Positions 18,011 to 25,861 of a stretch of 40,964 bases of DNA are shown one piece after another; the first letter of the stretch is position 1, and the number at the start of each line of letters is the position of its first letter. Position numbers and translations under genes: made by a program. Source of the stretch: a virus. The notes under the pieces are model-generated. The model was not told the origin of the DNA. It made no database searches and worked only from the letters and a program-made list of their open reading frames with translations. The DNA lies in the UHGV virus genome UHGV-0254298. The stretch is one strand, 5' to 3'.

Positions 18011-18241
18011 ATGCGCAGATATAATTTCCCCTTCAACGGAAATCGTTATGTCCTTAATAAATCCACCGGCGAAATTCACGACCTGGACTGCGAGACGCCG
18101 CAGTGCCGGATTAATGAAATGAACCCAGCGAATATCATAAACTGTATGAGCTATGATGATGCTTGGCTCCGCGCTAACTTGCTTAAATGCCCCGCGCCTA
18201 ACGGGTGTCATTATTGCAATTCGTCCAGGGACAACGGATAA
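18011..18241 (+). CDS. Cys/His-rich small protein, putative zinc-binding; plus strand inside the minus-strand early region
   Basis: ATG at 18011 preceded by AAAGGAAAGGAGAAG. 76 aa MRRYNFPFNGNRYVLNKSTGEIHDLDCETPQCRINEMNPANIINCMSYDDAWLRANLLKCPAPNGCHYCNSSRDNG. Upstream promoter-like TTGCGT-N17-TATACT at about 17933..17961. Confidence 0.4.
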   Translation: MRRYNFPFNGNRYVLNKSTGEIHDLDCETPQCRINEMNPANIINCMSYDDAWLRANLLKCPAPNGCHYCNSSRDNG

Positions 18242-18435
18242 CCTTTCTGGACTATGGACTTTAATGTCTGTAGTCCTTCCTCCGGAAAATCTTCACACAA
18301 AACCGACTCAAGCTCCTGAGGTGTTTCAGTGTGTATTACAAGGTCATATATTAACTCTGAAAATTTCTTTACGTCCGTAATGGATGTTAAAACCTTAAAT
18401 TTTGTCATCGTTCTCGCCTCCTCTTCTCCTGCCAA
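18211..18435 (-). CDS. Hypothetical early protein (start more likely the M at 18408, RBS GGAGG)
   Basis: 74-aa ORF. An internal ATG with a strong RBS gives a 65-aa product. Confidence 0.4.
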   Translation of the reverse strand: MAGEEEARTMTKFKVLTSITDVKKFSELIYDLVIHTETPQELESVLCEDFPEEGLQTLKSIVQKGYPLSLDELQ

Positions 18436-18445
18436 TGTGTCGGGG

Positions 18446-18604
18446 CTAGCCGGTTCCTATTGAGGATTCCGAATCTTTCTTATTCCGTTTTTTGTCCGCT
18501 GCCTTAGCTTCTGCTGTTCCAAGAAAATAGCCCTTGTCAAATTCAGACATCTTCGGGAGTGCTTCAGCAATGGTTTTCAGAATTTTTTTGTCTTTCTCGC
18601 TCAT
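18446..18604 (-). CDS. First small ORF of the early operon (52 aa, not obviously HTH)
   Basis: ATG at 18604 preceded by AGGTGAG. MSEKDKKILKTIAEALPKMSEFDKGYFLGTAEAKAADKKRNKKDSESSIGTG. Directly downstream of the consensus minus-strand promoter. Below the ORF-track length cutoff. Confidence 0.3.
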   Translation of the reverse strand: MSEKDKKILKTIAEALPKMSEFDKGYFLGTAEAKAADKKRNKKDSESSIGTG

Positions 18605-18638
18605 GTTCTCACCTCACTTCCTGTGTTTCTATGCCACC

Positions 18639-18667
18639 ATTATAAGTGGCTTAATATCATTTGTCAA
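18639..18667 (-). promoter_or_regulatory. Early promoter, perfect sigma-70 consensus TTGACA-N17-TATAAT on the minus strand
   Basis: -35 is the reverse complement of tgtcaa at 18662..18667. -10 is the reverse complement of attata at 18639..18644. Spacer is 17 nt. GTGGCTTAATA operator repeats overlap it. Confidence 0.5.
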
Positions 18668-18695
18668 GGTCTTTTTGTGGCTTAATAACTTTTTG

Positions 18696-18724
18696 TTGAC
18701 TATGCCACAATTTTGTACTATAAT
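18696..18724 (+). promoter_or_regulatory. Repressor promoter TTGACT-N17-TATAAT on the plus strand
   Basis: ttgact 18696..18701, tataat 18719..18724. Divergent from the early promoter, 29 bp between the -35 hexamers. Confidence 0.5.
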
Positions 18725-18748
18725 ATAGTCATGAGAGGTGGTGAGTAT

Positions 18749-19114
18749 ATGGATGAACGGATTAAATTTATAAGAAAGAAATTGGAACTTACACAGCAAG
18801 AGTTTGCCGATAAACTTGGGATAGCCAGAAATAATATAGCTGGCTATGAGACATGCAAAAGGTCTCCCAGTGATGCTGTTATATCTCTTATCTGTACCAA
18901 ATTTAACGTCAATGAGGAATGGCTCCGCACCGGCGAAGGCGAGATGTTTGTGCAGCGCACCCGGAACCAAATCATAACAGATTTTTTAGGGGATTTGATT
19001 GTGGAAAATGCCACATTTAAAAAGCGGCTCATAGAAGCACTGGCTGAGTTGGACGAGAGGGACTGGGAGGCATTGGAGAAGTTGGCTACCAAACTTGTAA
19101 TTAAAAAGGACTAG
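18749..19114 (+). CDS. cI-like repressor, XRE-family HTH
   Basis: ATG at 18749 after GAGAGGTGGTGAG. HTH 'LTQQEFADKLGIARNNIAGYETCKRSPS'. Divergent from the early operon. The ORF-track start at 18713 is a TTG inside the -10 element. Confidence 0.8.
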   Translation: MDERIKFIRKKLELTQQEFADKLGIARNNIAGYETCKRSPSDAVISLICTKFNVNEEWLRTGEGEMFVQRTRNQIITDFLGDLIVENATFKKRLIEALAELDERDWEALEKLATKLVIKKD

Positions 19115-19546
19115 GGATTAACCCTAGCCCAAAAGCTTTTCAGAAAACCGATATATTAATTCAAGCAATTCTATGTTGTTGGATTTCAGGACAAGCTTGA
19201 TTATACGTTTTTTTAACACCTCAATCCCCATCGAGATGCGCCTCCCTTTCTGGCCTATGGCCAAAAACATTGAATATGTATTGTTTGTACCTTAAGTATA
19301 GCATAAACAATGGTAAAAATGGCAAATATTCACAAACTTTTTCTGGCAAATTCTGGCAATTGTCAGACTATAGTCTGTTATTGAAACAATTTAATTTTAC
19401 CGCTCCTATACTCAGCGCAGGGAAAGGGAATACTGACATATAGTGGGAAACGAACGGAAAAAAAAGAACATTTGTTCTGTTTTCTATTATAGAATATATG
19501 TTCGAAAAAATCAATAGGGAGGGGATAATATTCTCTACGTAAAAAA

Positions 19547-19577
19547 CCGCTCCTGCTATCAACAGGAACGGCTTTTC
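19547..19577. terminator. Hairpin CCGCTCCTG-N7-CAGGAACGG flanked by A6 and CTTTTC (bidirectional terminator-like)
   Basis: Inverted repeat read directly in the cI-int intergenic region. Confidence 0.35.
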
Positions 19578-19705
19578 ACATAGATTTCTCTTACCAGGCA
19601 AAACCGGAAAGATATAGTCAGCTTAACACATTTGAATTATATCATTCCTGGAGCGTCCTGGCAAGGGGCGTATTAATTTTACCCAATTTTAAGGAGGAAT
19701 AATAT

Positions 19706-20911
19706 ATGGGACAGTTAAGAACAAGGAAACGTGGCTCCACCTGGGAATGGTCCTTTGAAGGGGCCAAAATCAATGGAAAGCGGAACCCCATCAGCCAGGG
19801 AGGGTACCGCACCAAGGCCGAGGCCATCACTGCCGGCACCCAGGCCAAGGCCGAATACGACTCTGCCGGCCGCAGGTTTACCCCTTCGGACATTAGCGTG
19901 TCCGATTATCTGGATTACTGGTATGATAATTATGTCAAGGCAAACCTTGCGCATAACACCCAGGTGGGCTATGAGCGTTTAATCCGTGTCCACCTCAAAC
20001 CAGCATTCGGAAGATACCGGCTGGCATCATTGGAGACAGATGTTATCCAAAAATGGATTGATGGAATGAAGCGTCAAGGCTATTCCAGGAGCATGGTTAA
20101 AAATACCTTATCCTGCCTGTCCGGCGCCCTAGGATATGCGGTACATCCTTGCAAATACATCAAGTACAATCCCTGTGATTATGCCAGGATACCGAAGATA
20201 GTTATGTCTGAGAAGGCCAAGGCACACACAGAATATATCTGCGTCAAGGAGGACTTTGCGGCCATCATTGAGCGCTTTGGGCCGGATAGTAATTTTTACA
20301 TGCCGCTCATGACTGGATACCACTGTGGCACCCGCCTGGGGGAGACTTATGGCATTGACTTGCTACATGACGTAGATTTTGAGCACCACACCATAACCGT
20401 CCGGCACCAGCTTGCCAACGAGGGCGGAAAGTGGTATTACCGGCCGCCAAAATATGATTCTGTCCGGACTATAAAAATCCTACCAGAGTACGAGAAAATA
20501 CTGAAAGCAGAAATCCATAACCGCAAAAAGAACATGCTCCGGTACGGCCAGTATTTTACAAAGACGTATCAAATGGACGATGGCTTAATCTTTCAGGCTC
20601 CCGCCAACGTCAAAATTGTCGGAAAGGAAATAATGCCGATAAGCACGAAAGAAAACGGCGAGCTGCTTACCCCTTACTCATTCAAGTACTGCGCCAAGGT
20701 CATCCATGAGGAACTGGGAAATCCTCTGTTCCACAGCCATTGCCTACGTCATACTCACGGCACGTTGTTGGCGGAGAATGGCGCCCAGCCCAAGACCGTC
20801 ATGGAGCGCCTGGGCCACAAGGACATCAAGACCACCATGGACCGCTATGTGTTTAACACGGAGAAAATGCAGAACGATGCCATTGTAATCCTGGCAGACG
20901 CTATATCATAG
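19706..20911 (+). CDS. int: Tyrosine recombinase / phage integrase
   Basis: RBS AAGGAGG. C-terminal catalytic region 'HCLRHTHGTLLAENGAQPKTVMERLGHKDIKTTMDRYVF' (R-H-R-Y box). N-terminal SAM-like domain. Confidence 0.9.
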   Translation: MGQLRTRKRGSTWEWSFEGAKINGKRNPISQGGYRTKAEAITAGTQAKAEYDSAGRRFTPSDISVSDYLDYWYDNYVKANLAHNTQVGYERLIRVHLKPAFGRYRLASLETDVIQKWIDGMKRQGYSRSMVKNTLSCLSGALGYAVHPCKYIKYNPCDYARIPKIVMSEKAKAHTEYICVKEDFAAIIERFGPDSNFYMPLMTGYHCGTRLGETYGIDLLHDVDFEHHTITVRHQLANEGGKWYYRPPKYDSVRTIKILPEYEKILKAEIHNRKKNMLRYGQYFTKTYQMDDGLIFQAPANVKIVGKEIMPISTKENGELLTPYSFKYCAKVIHEELGNPLFHSHCLRHTHGTLLAENGAQPKTVMERLGHKDIKTTMDRYVFNTEKMQNDAIVILADAIS

Positions 20912-20916
20912 CAATC

Positions 20917-21204
20917 TTGCCTACCACCCCAAAAAAGCGTAGGCAAATGGTAGGCAGGGCAACCAATACAAGAACAAAGAAGCCTGTCAATCCTTGATTT
21001 TACGTGATAGTTCCACGACGCACTCCACATGCACCGTAAGCCGATATCAAAAAACCATGCGTGCTACACAATATTATAGCGTAACTTATTATCTTTTAAA
21101 ATAAGGAATTTTCAAGAAATAGAAAAACCAGAGGTACTATAGCGTAACCAGGCGTGTTATAGAAAAACTTGTACAGGGTAGGCAAATGGTAGTCATTGCC
21201 TACC
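20917..21204. other. Candidate attP region with arm-type repeat clusters
   Basis: GTAGGCAAATGGTAG occurs at 20939..20953 and 21178..21192. Inverted TTGCCTACC occurs at 20917..20925 and 21196..21204. TATAGCGTAAC occurs twice (~21075, ~21138). The region sits at the 3' end of int. Confidence 0.3.
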
Positions 21205-21215
21205 AAATATTATAG

Positions 21216-21246
21216 GCGGGCCCGGTCATTCCGGTACCCGCTTTTA
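21216..21246 (+). terminator. Rho-independent terminator GCGGGCCCGG-tcatt-CCGGtaCCCGC + TTTTAT
   Basis: Stem-loop plus T-tract read directly. Confidence 0.4.
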
Positions 21247-21282
21247 TAATTTCTAAAATCCAAAAATCTTTTTCAATTCCTC

Positions 21283-21311
21283 TTGACTTTACGTCCTTAT
21301 GGGCGTATAAT
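21283..21311 (+). promoter_or_regulatory. Moron promoter TTGACT-N17-TATAAT
   Basis: ttgact 21283..21288, tataat 21306..21311. RBS AAGGAAAGGGGA lies before the ATG at 21344. Same hexamers as the cI promoter. Confidence 0.55.
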
Positions 21312-21343
21312 ATATTCAGAGATAAGGAAAGGGGATTAAAACA

Positions 21344-21673
21344 ATGACAGTAGCTGAGTTAAAGGAAATGATAGATAACAACGATTGGGATATCGAGTAT
21401 GGAAAGTTCGGAATCCGCATTCAGGAACTGCCCTTTGAACTTGGGGCTATGGACCATAACTCAAAGGTATGGGTTGATGGAGAGGAAACCGATGAAGAGC
21501 TTAACGGTGTATGCGCCATTGATTTGGACTCCCCTGAAGTAGTAGAAGCACTTAATGGTAACGGATATTTTGGTTCCCATATTGCACTGCTTGCCAGCGA
21601 CCATTATGAGTATGGCGCTGATGCGGGCGAAGTTATCTTAAAAGATGCCGTGGTATTATATATCGTTAGATAA
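21344..21673 (+). CDS. Small highly acidic protein (109 aa; about 24 D/E against 6 K/R). Candidate DNA-mimic or immunity-type protein.
   Basis: MTVAELKEMIDNNDWDIEYGKFGIRIQELPFELGAMDHNSKVWVDGEETDEELNGVCAIDLDSPEVVEALNGNGYF... First gene of the moron operon. Confidence 0.5.
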   Translation: MTVAELKEMIDNNDWDIEYGKFGIRIQELPFELGAMDHNSKVWVDGEETDEELNGVCAIDLDSPEVVEALNGNGYFGSHIALLASDHYEYGADAGEVILKDAVVLYIVR

Positions 21674-21714
21674 GCTGATTGCCATGTCATGCAGAATCCC
21701 GGGAGGATGCCTTG

Positions 21715-22362
21715 ATGAATACCGAACAATTAAAAGAGTTAAATTTAGAGTTGCTGACAGAACGACAAAAAGATGCTGTATTGATGGCGTTGGAAGGAAA
21801 ATCCCAAACCGAAATCGGAAAATTAATGGGAGTCACCAAACAGAACGTCAGTGCTCTAATCAAAAAAGCGATTGAACGGAATTCACGCAGCAAAACCAAG
21901 GAGTGTCCTAAACATCACACGGAAAAAGGGCGTTCCATTTCTCCTTCCCCCTCACCGAGGCGCAGAAACTATGATGATTATAAAATCAAAGACTTTTCTG
22001 TGCTATCTCCGCGCGAACGAGAAGTGATATCGCTCAAAGTTGAGGGACTGACTCACCGTCAAATTTCCAATAGGCTTGGCATAAGCACGGGCTGCATCGG
22101 TGTGTTGCTTCAAAGGGCGCGAGGAAAACTAGATGGAACATACCATGATGGTCTAAGATTAGACATAAACCGGAAGAGACGTGAATACGTGCTGAAGAAT
22201 CCTGAAAAGGAGAAAGAAAGCAGGAAGAAGTCATACCGTAAAAATAGGGAAAAACGAATTGAGGATATGAGAGAATATAATAAGCAGTATTACCAGAAAC
22301 ACCGCATTGAAATACTGCACAAGAAAAAAGATATGCGTTTTAAATCGGAGGAAAAATCATGA
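21715..22362 (+). CDS. DNA-binding protein with two tandem sigma-70 region-4/LuxR-type HTH domains and a very basic C-terminal tail
   Basis: ATG at 21715 after GGGAGGA. HTH1 'TERQKDAVLMALEGKSQTEIGKLMGVTKQNVSALIKKAIE'. HTH2 'SPREREVISLKVEGLTHRQISNRLGISTGCIGVLLQRARGKL'. C-terminus is K/R-rich. Confidence 0.5.
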   Translation: MNTEQLKELNLELLTERQKDAVLMALEGKSQTEIGKLMGVTKQNVSALIKKAIERNSRSKTKECPKHHTEKGRSISPSPSPRRRNYDDYKIKDFSVLSPREREVISLKVEGLTHRQISNRLGISTGCIGVLLQRARGKLDGTYHDGLRLDINRKRREYVLKNPEKEKESRKKSYRKNREKRIEDMREYNKQYYQKHRIEILHKKKDMRFKSEEKS

Positions 22363-22637
22363 AAAGATATCCAGATTGCATCAGGACAGATGGACTATGC
22401 GGGGCCTGCTCCGCATCCAGCTATGGCAGAGATTGCCACAACAATAATATCAATAAGCTGCTGTACCAGCGCTCCCTGTCCGGGATGACCCAGCAGCAGG
22501 TAGCTGACGCCGCAGGAATGAATATCCGCCAGATACAGAAATTTGAATCTGGAGAAAGGGACCTTGGAAATATGACTCTGCGCAATGCCTTGTCATTGGC
22601 AAAGGCACTTGGCTGCGAGGTGAGTGATTTTGTCTAA
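22359..22637 (+). CDS. XRE-family HTH protein with an N-terminal Cys-rich motif
   Basis: 'CIRTDGLCGACSASSYGRDC' followed by 'MTQQQVADAAGMNIRQIQKFESGERDLGNMTLRNALSLAKALGCEV'. Start overlaps the stop of the previous gene. Confidence 0.5.
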   Translation: MKRYPDCIRTDGLCGACSASSYGRDCHNNNINKLLYQRSLSGMTQQQVADAAGMNIRQIQKFESGERDLGNMTLRNALSLAKALGCEVSDFV

Positions 22638-23130
22638 AAGACCGCCAAAAAGTACCAAGACTTGTGTCGTATGTGGTAAAACTTTCCCTTGTTTTCCATC
22701 TGACAAAACCGTCACTTGTGGAAAGGAATGCTCCAAGATTCATCGTTCCCGCATACACATGGGGCTGTCGAACGCATGGAACGAAGAAAGTCGGACCAGA
22801 AAAGCTGCACAAGGGAAAACAGCCAATCTCGCATTAGGAACGCCTGCCGCACAAAAAAGTCCCAAATCCGGTAAATTTTTAACAAATATCAATGCGAAGG
22901 ACTGGCATTTGATTAGTCCTGATGGAAAAGAATATAAATTTCATTCCTTGAATTATTGGCTCCGGGAGAACGGCGATAAATTATTTGGATGTGTGCCAGA
23001 TAGTAAAGAATTTAAAAATGTAAGTACTGGACTGTCAGGAGCAAAACGGGCGATGCTCGGAAGAAACTATGGGTGTTGCACATATAAGGGTTGGAAAGTC
23101 ATACCCACAGAGCATGATATAAAAAAATAG
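22624..23130 (+). CDS. Zinc-ribbon protein with a C-terminal NUMOD4-like segment; function unknown
   Basis: 'CVVCGKTF...CGKECSKIH' is a C4 zinc ribbon. 'KDWHLISPDGKEYKFHSLNYWLRENG' weakly resembles NUMOD4. Confidence 0.45.
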   Translation: MILSKRPPKSTKTCVVCGKTFPCFPSDKTVTCGKECSKIHRSRIHMGLSNAWNEESRTRKAAQGKTANLALGTPAAQKSPKSGKFLTNINAKDWHLISPDGKEYKFHSLNYWLRENGDKLFGCVPDSKEFKNVSTGLSGAKRAMLGRNYGCCTYKGWKVIPTEHDIKK

Positions 23131-23143
23131 CCACACACTTCAA

Positions 23144-23172
23144 CGGCGAGGAGTAATCCCCGCCGCTTTTTA
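23144..23172. terminator. Terminator hairpin CGGCGAGG-agtaat-CCCCGCCG + CTTTTTA
   Basis: Read directly. Separates the moron operon from the convergent endolysin gene. Confidence 0.45.
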
Positions 23173-23215
23173 TTAATCCTAGCCCCTGGCAGCGCAGCAC
23201 CCCATTCTTATCCGG

Positions 23216-23992
23216 TTAAAACTCCCCTATGTACTGTTCGCCCTCCGGCGCCACATACAAAGCGCATTCCAGCGGATGTCCGGCCCGCGGCTCAAAATAA
23301 TAATCCTTACCACCAATCACATGCCAGTTGGTCAGTGCGTATCCGTCCGTGTTAAAATAATACTTGTGATGGTTTATAATCTGCCAGCACTCCTTGTAAT
23401 ACTCTGTGGTGGTGTATGCATACCACCATCCATTACTATCATGGTGCCATCCTATCTCATACTCCGGCTGCTCCACCAGAGACCAGTCAGGACGTCCATA
23501 ACCATCAATACGGCTGTTATCTAAGCTGTACTCTTTGCAGCATACCGCCCCGCCGTTGGCAATCACCTCGTTACCAGCACTGGTGTTACCTTCGATGGTT
23601 CTGACCTTAGTCCTGGTGACCTCATAGACGATACCTGTATGGCAGATGCGCTGGGCATTTTTAAAAAATATCTGGTCACCTGGCTGAGGGTTGTCCTTAT
23701 GGTACTGGCCTCTGTCCTTATAATACTGGGCGGACGCAGGGGTATAGGCGGAGAAACCACCTCCCAGAAGCTGTCTGGCCGCCACCTGCCCAAAGGCCTG
23801 GACGAAGCACCAGTCCACAAACATATCGCACCACGGCTGCCCCTGGAGAGATGGGTACAAGTCCATGGCATACTTGGTGTAGTTGCTGCTGCCTGCATTA
23901 GCGGTCTTGCTGTCAAGCTGGCTGTTACTGCGTTTTTCCAGGTATCCAATCTCTTGTCGGGCAATTGTTAGAACCTTCTCTATTGATTTCAT
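23216..23992 (-). CDS. Endolysin: N-terminal CHAP peptidase/amidase domain plus C-terminal CW_binding_1 (choline-binding-like) repeats
   Basis: CHAP Cys 'QPWCDMFVDWC' and His 'CHTGIVYE'. C-terminal repeats 'GWHHDSNGWWYAYTTTEYYKECWQIINHHKYYFNTDGYALTNWHVIGGKDYYF'. Confidence 0.8.
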   Translation of the reverse strand: MKSIEKVLTIARQEIGYLEKRSNSQLDSKTANAGSSNYTKYAMDLYPSLQGQPWCDMFVDWCFVQAFGQVAARQLLGGGFSAYTPASAQYYKDRGQYHKDNPQPGDQIFFKNAQRICHTGIVYEVTRTKVRTIEGNTSAGNEVIANGGAVCCKEYSLDNSRIDGYGRPDWSLVEQPEYEIGWHHDSNGWWYAYTTTEYYKECWQIINHHKYYFNTDGYALTNWHVIGGKDYYFEPRAGHPLECALYVAPEGEQYIGEF

Positions 23993-25497
23993 GTCGTACC
24001 TCCATTTCTTATCTCGTTAATCTGTGCCTGTAAATCCGCTACCACCATCCTGGTATCTTGTACATACTCCACAGTCACGTCCGGCTCCGGCCCCTCCGCA
24101 GTCACTGTGATGGTTGTCCGGCCTGTGTAGGCGGTAAGGGCGTTTAGGGCGGCTTGGGTATCGGCCGGGAGGGGTTCCCAGGTGGGTGACTTGCGCTCCG
24201 CTATTACATGCATTGGGTCTGCTGACAACAAGGCTTTAAGGGTATCCAAAGTGGCCGTGCTATTCAGAAATATCCTTAAATATTTTGTACTGCTGTAAGA
24301 GTAGGCAATGATATTATCACGAACCCCATTCCATACATTATCAGCTTTATCCTCGCTTAATCTATCACATAAGAGAGCGGAACCAATTTTTATCAGACTG
24401 TCGAAGTCTGCTACACCAAATGACTTAGAACCACTGGTGTTAAACTGATTCCAAGTCTCACTGCCATTGAGGATTAATGGTACTATCTTCCGCTCTACTC
24501 CCCACACGCCGTTCCTGCACATTATCCGGTCCCGTACATCCCCGATACCTCGTAACGGCTCCGTGAGGGTGATGGTTGCGGTCTTGGACTGGTAGGGCTC
24601 CCCCGTCACCGTCACCGCCGTGACATCCGTACTCACAATCTCCTGCGGATTATCCGGGCTGGGGTCTGCTCCCTGCTCACTCTTGCCGGCTATCTCCAAG
24701 CCGGGTATCGGGACCTCCCACGCATCGTCCACTGTGACTTGCGTGGTGCCGGATGCCGAGCCGATAAGGGCATTGGCGTATTTAAGGTCCGTCTCACGCT
24801 TGTTGTAGCCTACAAATGTCTCCTTCTGGCTCTCCACGTATGCCTTGTTATCTGCCAACGCCTGCGCCGAAGCGGTAGCGGACTGAGCAGACGCCGTGGC
24901 AGAACCGGCAGCGGCTGTCTTACTGGCCTGGGCATCATTGGCATATCCCTGGGCAGTGCTTACCTTGCCCTCCATCTGCTGCACGAACTGCTCGTACCAA
25001 GACTGGTCTGGCTCCGGAATCCCGCCGCCAATCTCCAGCCCGTCATGGATGGCGTAGGATGCAGGGAGGGTCTTCCAGGTCACACGCTCCCCTGCGCTGT
25101 TGGTGCCGGTCGCATATATCATCATCTGGATTGTCCCTGGCTCCTGTGTGGCCTGTGCCGGTACCTGCCAGCACATCCTCACATGGCTGTCCGACTTGGA
25201 CACGTTGCAGGGTACGCTGTCACTGCCCCCATACACCGTCTGGTAGTGGATGTACAGGTGCTGGGCGGTGAGGTCCAGGCCGTCATCGTACCGTGGCATT
25301 TGAAAGCCCACGAACTGGGCATTCTGTTCGCCCCTGACCGATATCTGGTCATTAAAATCCGCGATGCGCTTGTTGGTGACCGGGACATACTCCGGCTCCA
25401 CGTACAGCGTATATGACGGGTAGTTATTATCCTTGGTCCAGGTCTCGTCACCGTCTGCATAAGCCTGTCTTGCCAGTATCTCATCTACCGTTGCCAT
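23989..25497 (-). CDS. Phage minor structural / tail-fibre-like protein
   Basis: 502 aa, Ala/Thr/Ser-rich linker. Lies between the holin and the endolysin. No enzymatic motifs recognised. Confidence 0.45.
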   Translation of the reverse strand: MATVDEILARQAYADGDETWTKDNNYPSYTLYVEPEYVPVTNKRIADFNDQISVRGEQNAQFVGFQMPRYDDGLDLTAQHLYIHYQTVYGGSDSVPCNVSKSDSHVRMCWQVPAQATQEPGTIQMMIYATGTNSAGERVTWKTLPASYAIHDGLEIGGGIPEPDQSWYEQFVQQMEGKVSTAQGYANDAQASKTAAAGSATASAQSATASAQALADNKAYVESQKETFVGYNKRETDLKYANALIGSASGTTQVTVDDAWEVPIPGLEIAGKSEQGADPSPDNPQEIVSTDVTAVTVTGEPYQSKTATITLTEPLRGIGDVRDRIMCRNGVWGVERKIVPLILNGSETWNQFNTSGSKSFGVADFDSLIKIGSALLCDRLSEDKADNVWNGVRDNIIAYSYSSTKYLRIFLNSTATLDTLKALLSADPMHVIAERKSPTWEPLPADTQAALNALTAYTGRTTITVTAEGPEPDVTVEYVQDTRMVVADLQAQINEIRNGGTT

Positions 25498-25829
25498 GCC
25501 TGTCCGCTCCCCCTCTCCTGCTTAATTGTAATCAGATTGGTGGTAATCCTCTGGCCATTCTCACGCTGTCCAACCACCCCGATTTTAAAAGCGTCATAGA
25601 CCGTGATTTCATCCGGCACAATGCAGGTACCTTCTGTTATCAGCGCAGCGACCTCCTGGGACTGTAGGTAAGGATAGAAGGCCGCCACCCTTATTGTGTC
25701 ATCCCAATCCTTATCAAACTCAAATGCCGCCTGAAGGTACCCGGATGTACCTGCAATAATGTTGCTAAAATCACAGCCAGGAGCCCTTATCAGCTCCTGG
25801 CCGGATACTTTAAACCTTAATGTCCTCAT
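25485..25829 (-). CDS. Hypothetical protein
   Basis: 114-aa ORF overlapping the start of the downstream gene. Confidence 0.4.
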   Translation of the reverse strand: MRTLRFKVSGQELIRAPGCDFSNIIAGTSGYLQAAFEFDKDWDDTIRVAAFYPYLQSQEVAALITEGTCIVPDEITVYDAFKIGVVGQRENGQRITTNLITIKQERGSGQAWQR

Positions 25830-25861
25830 AGCATAGCCTTTCTGCCGTTGCGATATCGCAA

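Noticed and set aside
17966-18211. 81-aa minus-strand ORF overlapping the plus-strand Cys-rich gene
   Set aside because: Low-complexity hydrophobic translation without an RBS. The plus-strand ORF has a strong RBS, a promoter and a protein-like composition.
19642-19954. Minus-strand ORFs (83 and 79 aa) overlapping the integrase start
   Set aside because: Gly/Pro/Ala-rich shadow frames of the integrase N-terminus. There is no RBS and they sit inside a strongly supported plus-strand gene.
19115-21343. tRNA or tmRNA genes in the intergenic regions
   Set aside because: No T-loop-like GTTCGA/GTTCAA box with a matching acceptor stem was seen by eye in the 19115..19705, 20912..21343, 26920..27096 or 40430..40519 gaps. 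Without a dedicated tRNA scan this negative call is only moderately secure.
24739-25416. 225-aa plus-strand ORF antisense to the 502-aa structural gene
   Set aside because: Arg/Leu/Gly-rich shadow frame of a GC-richer coding segment. No RBS or promoter.
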